Below are positions 17,488 to 21,246 of a DNA stretch of 21,246 nt, in pieces. Every line of letters begins with the position of its first letter. Positions within the stretch are counted from its first letter, which is position 1. Location of the stretch: contig SHMW01000075.1 in NCBI GenBank assembly GCA_008080735.1, positions 1-21,246 of the forward strand, written 5' to 3'. The notes under the pieces were generated by a model. That model worked only from the letters and a program-made list of their open reading frames with translations, did not search any database and was not told where the DNA came from. A program made the position numbers and the translations under genes. The stretch comes from Promethearchaeota archaeon (lineage in GTDB: Archaea > Asgardarchaeota > Lokiarchaeia > Sigyniarchaeales > SOKP01).

Positions 17488-18081
17488 TCATTGTATTTCT
17501 CTTAGATAATAACCTTTATCAATGAGATTTTGTGCAATTAATGATTTGGAGCTTAAATTCTCAAATTCACTGGTATTTTCTGTCATAAATCCAATTGCTA
17601 ATATTTCCTTGAATTTATTTGTAAAGATCACAATATCCTCCGCATTAATAATATGCATTGAATCCCTATTAGGAAGCTCTAACATTGTTTTTAGAATATC
17701 ATTACCATACAATATTGCTTTTTCTCCCTTTTTGTTAACGCGAATTTTATTCTTTTCTGTAAGTAAATCTTTTTTATCTAAAAATTCAACACCTTCTAGA
17801 CTTATAAAAAGAGCACCTTGCTTTATAAAACCGAAATAAAGACCTATTGATGTGATCTTTGATTTAAATGATAATTTTTTGTACAAAGACACTATGTTTT
17901 TAGGAACGAAAAAGATTTTAGGAAAAAGAACTCTATTTCTCTCTTTTGAAATTATAACATAGAAATTGAATTGATGTTCATCGAAAAATGCTGAACCTTT
18001 TTTGGAAATCTTGGAAAGAGTTTCTATTATAATTTTACTTTCTATTTCATTTATTTTTCGGACAAGCACAGCATATTCCAT
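17488..18081 (-). CDS. nip7: Nip7-like ribosome biogenesis protein with PUA domain
   Basis: 'SIGLYFG...ISLEG', 'GEKAILYGNDI', 'LAIG' and terminal 'DKGYYLRE' match the Nip7/PUA pattern; close to a Nop2-type gene. Confidence 0.8.
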   Translation of the reverse strand: MEYAVLVRKINEIESKIIIETLSKISKKGSAFFDEHQFNFYVIISKERNRVLFPKIFFVPKNIVSLYKKLSFKSKITSIGLYFGFIKQGALFISLEGVEFLDKKDLLTEKNKIRVNKKGEKAILYGNDILKTMLELPNRDSMHIINAEDIVIFTNKFKEILAIGFMTENTSEFENLSSKSLIAQNLIDKGYYLREIQ

Positions 18082-18111
18082 AATCGAAGTAGTTAAATAA
18101 ATAAACCAGTT

Positions 18112-18125
18112 TTATTATATAATAA
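18112..18125. promoter_or_regulatory. Perfect palindrome TTATTATATAATAA, candidate shared TATA element for divergent nip7 and vps22/36
   Basis: 14-bp perfect palindrome near the middle of the 79-bp divergent spacer. Confidence 0.45.
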
Positions 18126-18160
18126 TCAAATAGAGAATTAATAAATGGTGTAATTTAGTT

Positions 18161-18886
18161 TTGGGTATCAGAAAAATCGAAGATGAAATTGACCTTAAGG
18201 AAGCAATGAGAAAAAAGGCTGCTGAGCTCAAATTAAAAGAAATGAAAGCGAAAGCGTCTGTAGAGAATCTCACGAAAGAAAGCTTAGATCAAATGGCTAA
18301 AAACCATGGAGTATTATTGGCATTGAATCCTGATTTAAAAGAAGAAGTAAAGTATTTACAAGAAAAATATAATATTCCCTCCTCTAAAATTATAAAGGAG
18401 CAAATAAAAGAAAAGGATGTATTTGGAGGCATATTTAATAAAATAGATGATGATAAGTTAGGAATGCTTGCATACCAGCGGGTATTGCTCAGAAAAGATG
18501 AAATTGGGGTAGGGCTTTTGCCGCTGTCTGAGGTTTATGACTTAGTTAACACAGGTGAACTGAAAGGTGAAATCGACATTAAAGACGTGTTGAAAGCAAT
18601 GCAAACACTTGAAAAGCGAGGAGTCATTGAAGAAGTCAAAAAACTTGAGACTGGAGTAGTTATGGTACAATTCTTCCCGATCCAATACACAGACGACCAA
18701 GTAAAAATTATCGAATTAGTCAAATCAAAAGAGCAAGGATTCATCACCTTAGAAGATGTAATCGATGATCTTGATTGGACGCAAGATAGAGCCTTAAGAG
18801 CACTTCAATCATTAGAAGAAAGTGGGTTAGCGAAATTTCAAGAGAACATCATCAAGGGGAAAAGATGGTTCTTTCCATCCTTATAA
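18161..18886 (+). CDS. vps22: ESCRT-II Vps22/Vps36-like (EAP30 domain) protein
   Basis: Tandem winged-helix pattern. C-terminal 'LDWTQDRALRALQSLEESGLA...GKRWFFP' resembles the Vps22/SNF8 C-terminus. Next to vps25 and vps4; TTG start with GGTG upstream. Confidence 0.82.
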   Translation: MGIRKIEDEIDLKEAMRKKAAELKLKEMKAKASVENLTKESLDQMAKNHGVLLALNPDLKEEVKYLQEKYNIPSSKIIKEQIKEKDVFGGIFNKIDDDKLGMLAYQRVLLRKDEIGVGLLPLSEVYDLVNTGELKGEIDIKDVLKAMQTLEKRGVIEEVKKLETGVVMVQFFPIQYTDDQVKIIELVKSKEQGFITLEDVIDDLDWTQDRALRALQSLEESGLAKFQENIIKGKRWFFPSL

Positions 18887-18932
18887 GAAAAGTCTAATAT
18901 TTTACCTAAAATGTTTCTCAATCTGTAAAACT

Positions 18933-19823
18933 CTATTCAAGATCTATTTTAAAGGCAATTTTTCCGTTCTCTAATTTTATTATTTTGCCTTTTCCTTCTT
19001 CAGAAAGCATTTCAAATATTTTTTCGAAATCTTCCTTAGGTAAAGAACTGAACTCTTTTGCGGCATCTCTTATTTCATATATTAAGATAGGTTCTAAGCG
19101 TCCCATTTCATATGCCCAATCATAAATCTCTTCTGCCCACAAATCTAATGTTTTCCAATAGACGCGTAATTTTTCCTTCTTCTTAGAAAGCCATTCTGCT
19201 AATTCTTGGTTAACTAATCGTTCAGCAATTTCTCTTATCGCTTTTTTCCGATTTTCAAAATTAGAGAAAGGTGCTTCTGTATAGAGTTGACGTAAGTAGA
19301 GAATGTGCAAAATTGCGTATTTAGCATAATCGAATAAAACTTTCGCCCATTCATTTTGCCAGGATTCAAAATCGTTCGGGTTTTTTTCTTTATTTGGAAT
19401 TTGATACATATATTCATATCGAGGTTCTTGGAGCCATGGATAATTTTCAAGAAGTTTTTCATACGTAGATAATTCTTCCTCAATAAGTCCCTCTTCACCG
19501 ACTATTTCCTTCTCTAATTCCCGAAGCTCGGATTCTATATAGCTAGCATGTTCTTCATAAGTTTTCAGATCTCCGCGTTCCATTTCCTTGGTGACTAATT
19601 GATCTATTTCCTGAAATCGTTCTTCTATGTCCTCTACTCCACTTGTATCAATTTCCTCTTCTTGTTCTACTTGTTCTTGCGTTTCTTGTTGCTGATTCGC
19701 CTGTTTTTGTTTTTTTAATCTTCGTAATCTTATTAACTCGTCTCTTAATCTCTCAAGTTCTTTATCGGTTTTTTCTTTGAGGTCTTTTGAGACTTCTTTT
19801 ACTTTATCTTTTTGTCTCTCCAT
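18933..19823 (-). CDS. vps25: ESCRT-II Vps25-like protein with long N-terminal charged coiled-coil extension
   Basis: 'YPW...YQIP', 'SWQNEWAKVLFDY' and 'VYWKTLDLWAEEIYDWA' resemble the Vps25 W..PEEW...IY.W motif. Lies 24 bp downstream of vps4 on the same strand. Confidence 0.8.
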   Translation of the reverse strand: MERQKDKVKEVSKDLKEKTDKELERLRDELIRLRRLKKQKQANQQQETQEQVEQEEEIDTSGVEDIEERFQEIDQLVTKEMERGDLKTYEEHASYIESELRELEKEIVGEEGLIEEELSTYEKLLENYPWLQEPRYEYMYQIPNKEKNPNDFESWQNEWAKVLFDYAKYAILHILYLRQLYTEAPFSNFENRKKAIREIAERLVNQELAEWLSKKKEKLRVYWKTLDLWAEEIYDWAYEMGRLEPILIYEIRDAAKEFSSLPKEDFEKIFEMLSEEGKGKIIKLENGKIAFKIDLE

Positions 19824-19847
19824 ATTTTTTTTCGCCTTCTATGAATG

Positions 19848-21062
19848 TTAATATTCTCCAAATTCCTCTGCCCAATCTTGATAATGTTTTAAATCGTGTT
19901 TGTCGACCATTGGCTTTACCTTTTTAAGGGTTTTTTTGAAGTCATCAATAGTTACATCCCGCACATTTACATCTTGATCTGAATTTTCTAACACTCCTGA
20001 CATATCCAACTCTCTAATGGGAATCATAATTGTTTCTCGACAGACATTTGAGATATCTCTTCCAGAATATCCCTCAGCACGCACCGCCAATTCTACAAAA
20101 TCTTCCTCGGTGAGATTCATATTCACTCCTTTCGTATGGATCTTGAAAATCGCTGCTCGTGCCTTCATATCGGGTAAGGGAACATAGACTTTTTTCTGAA
20201 ATCTGCTCAACATCGCATTATCGATATCCCAAGGACGATTTGTTGCACCTAAAGTTAATAAGGGTTTATCTTCTGTGGTTTTGATACCTTGAATTTCACT
20301 TAATAATTGAGTTTTAACTCGTCTTTCTCCTCCGCTCTCAGATCCTCCTCCTCTTTTAGTGGCAACGGAATCGATCTCGTCAATAAATACCAAACTTGGG
20401 GCTTTCATTCTTGCCAATTTGAATAAAGAGCTAATTAATTTTTCACTTTCACCAAGCCATTTACTTAAAAGATCCGCTGAAGAAACGCTAAAAAAGGTAG
20501 CTTGACATTCTGTAGCAGCAGCTTTTGCTAAAAGAGTTTTTCCGCAACCGGGCGGTCCAAATAATAGCACTCCAGACCACGGCTTTCGAGCCCCAGTGAA
20601 TAATTCTGGCTTCAATATTGGAAGGACTATTGCTTCTCTGAGAATTTGCTTACTGCTCTGTAATCCCGCGATATCTTTCCACTTAACATTAGGGGATTCG
20701 CTGAGAATCGTGCCTGATATAGTGTCTAACAATTCTTTCTCTTCTTCAGAGACTCCCTCCCCCTCATCTTGAAGCTTTCCTTCATCGCGATCTAAACCCG
20801 CCCCTGGTCTCGATTTTCTTACCTGTGGTCCATCAAGGTGAGTTTTTAAAATTTTTGCGCGTTCTAAATATTCTTCAATTTGCGCTTTACACCTATTAAC
20901 CATTGTTGGATTTTTATTGTATTTAATAAACTGCAATAGACTTTCTGCGGCTCTCTGATATTTATTAATTGCTTGACGATACTTTCCCTTCCCATCGAGA
21001 GCAACGGCTTCATTTGCTTCCTTCACTGCAAATTGATAGAGCTTACTGTCCACAGAACCCAT
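19848..21062 (-). CDS. vps4: Vps4 AAA+ ATPase (MIT domain + AAA)
   Basis: MIT helices (AVALD..GKY..AI..Y), PNVKWKDIAGL, Walker A GPPGCGKT, pore loop SKWLGESEK, Walker B FIDEID, ATNRPWDID, GYSGRDI, C-terminal WAEEFG. Confidence 0.95.
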   Translation of the reverse strand: MGSVDSKLYQFAVKEANEAVALDGKGKYRQAINKYQRAAESLLQFIKYNKNPTMVNRCKAQIEEYLERAKILKTHLDGPQVRKSRPGAGLDRDEGKLQDEGEGVSEEEKELLDTISGTILSESPNVKWKDIAGLQSSKQILREAIVLPILKPELFTGARKPWSGVLLFGPPGCGKTLLAKAAATECQATFFSVSSADLLSKWLGESEKLISSLFKLARMKAPSLVFIDEIDSVATKRGGGSESGGERRVKTQLLSEIQGIKTTEDKPLLTLGATNRPWDIDNAMLSRFQKKVYVPLPDMKARAAIFKIHTKGVNMNLTEEDFVELAVRAEGYSGRDISNVCRETIMIPIRELDMSGVLENSDQDVNVRDVTIDDFKKTLKKVKPMVDKHDLKHYQDWAEEFGEY

Positions 21063-21246
21063 AAATCTTACCTAATTTTAAAGTGATTGATTCATAATTA
21101 TTTTTTCTTACTAATATAAAAAACTAAATTATTATTAATATTTGTTGAGACCAATCTCTTAAAATTTTCTATGATTAAATGGAAAAACAAAAAAAATTCA
21201 ATCATAGATAGATATCATAAAGTTATTCCAATGATGTGAAAAATCG

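Overview
AT-rich archaeal DNA, very probably from an Asgard archaeon (Lokiarchaeia-like). This is inferred from the ESCRT cluster at the right end: Vps22/36-like, Vps25-like with a long N-terminal extension, and Vps4. The middle holds housekeeping genes: mtnA, alpha-glucan phosphorylase, an MBL hydrolase, an NDP-sugar synthase, CyaB, a Nop2-type m5C methyltransferase and Nip7. The left ~7 kb looks accessory: a coiled-coil repeat protein with a 54-bp tandem array, a disrupted secreted-protein gene, a phytoene-desaturase-family oxidoreductase, a minimal cytochrome b561, a winged-helix/membrane-protein operon with two palindromic operators, and a 5'-truncated aldo/keto-reductase-like remnant. Two small Cys-rich ORFs are missing from the ORF track. 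The main one is a 39-aa peptide at 5335-5454 (-), MKIVKKEKTTSAA-CKCGGGC-VSSS-CKCGGGC-I-CKCGGGC, a candidate archaeal metallothionein or RiPP precursor. The other is a 47-aa CxxC microprotein at 3753-3896 (-). All family calls come from reading motifs by eye; no database searches were run.
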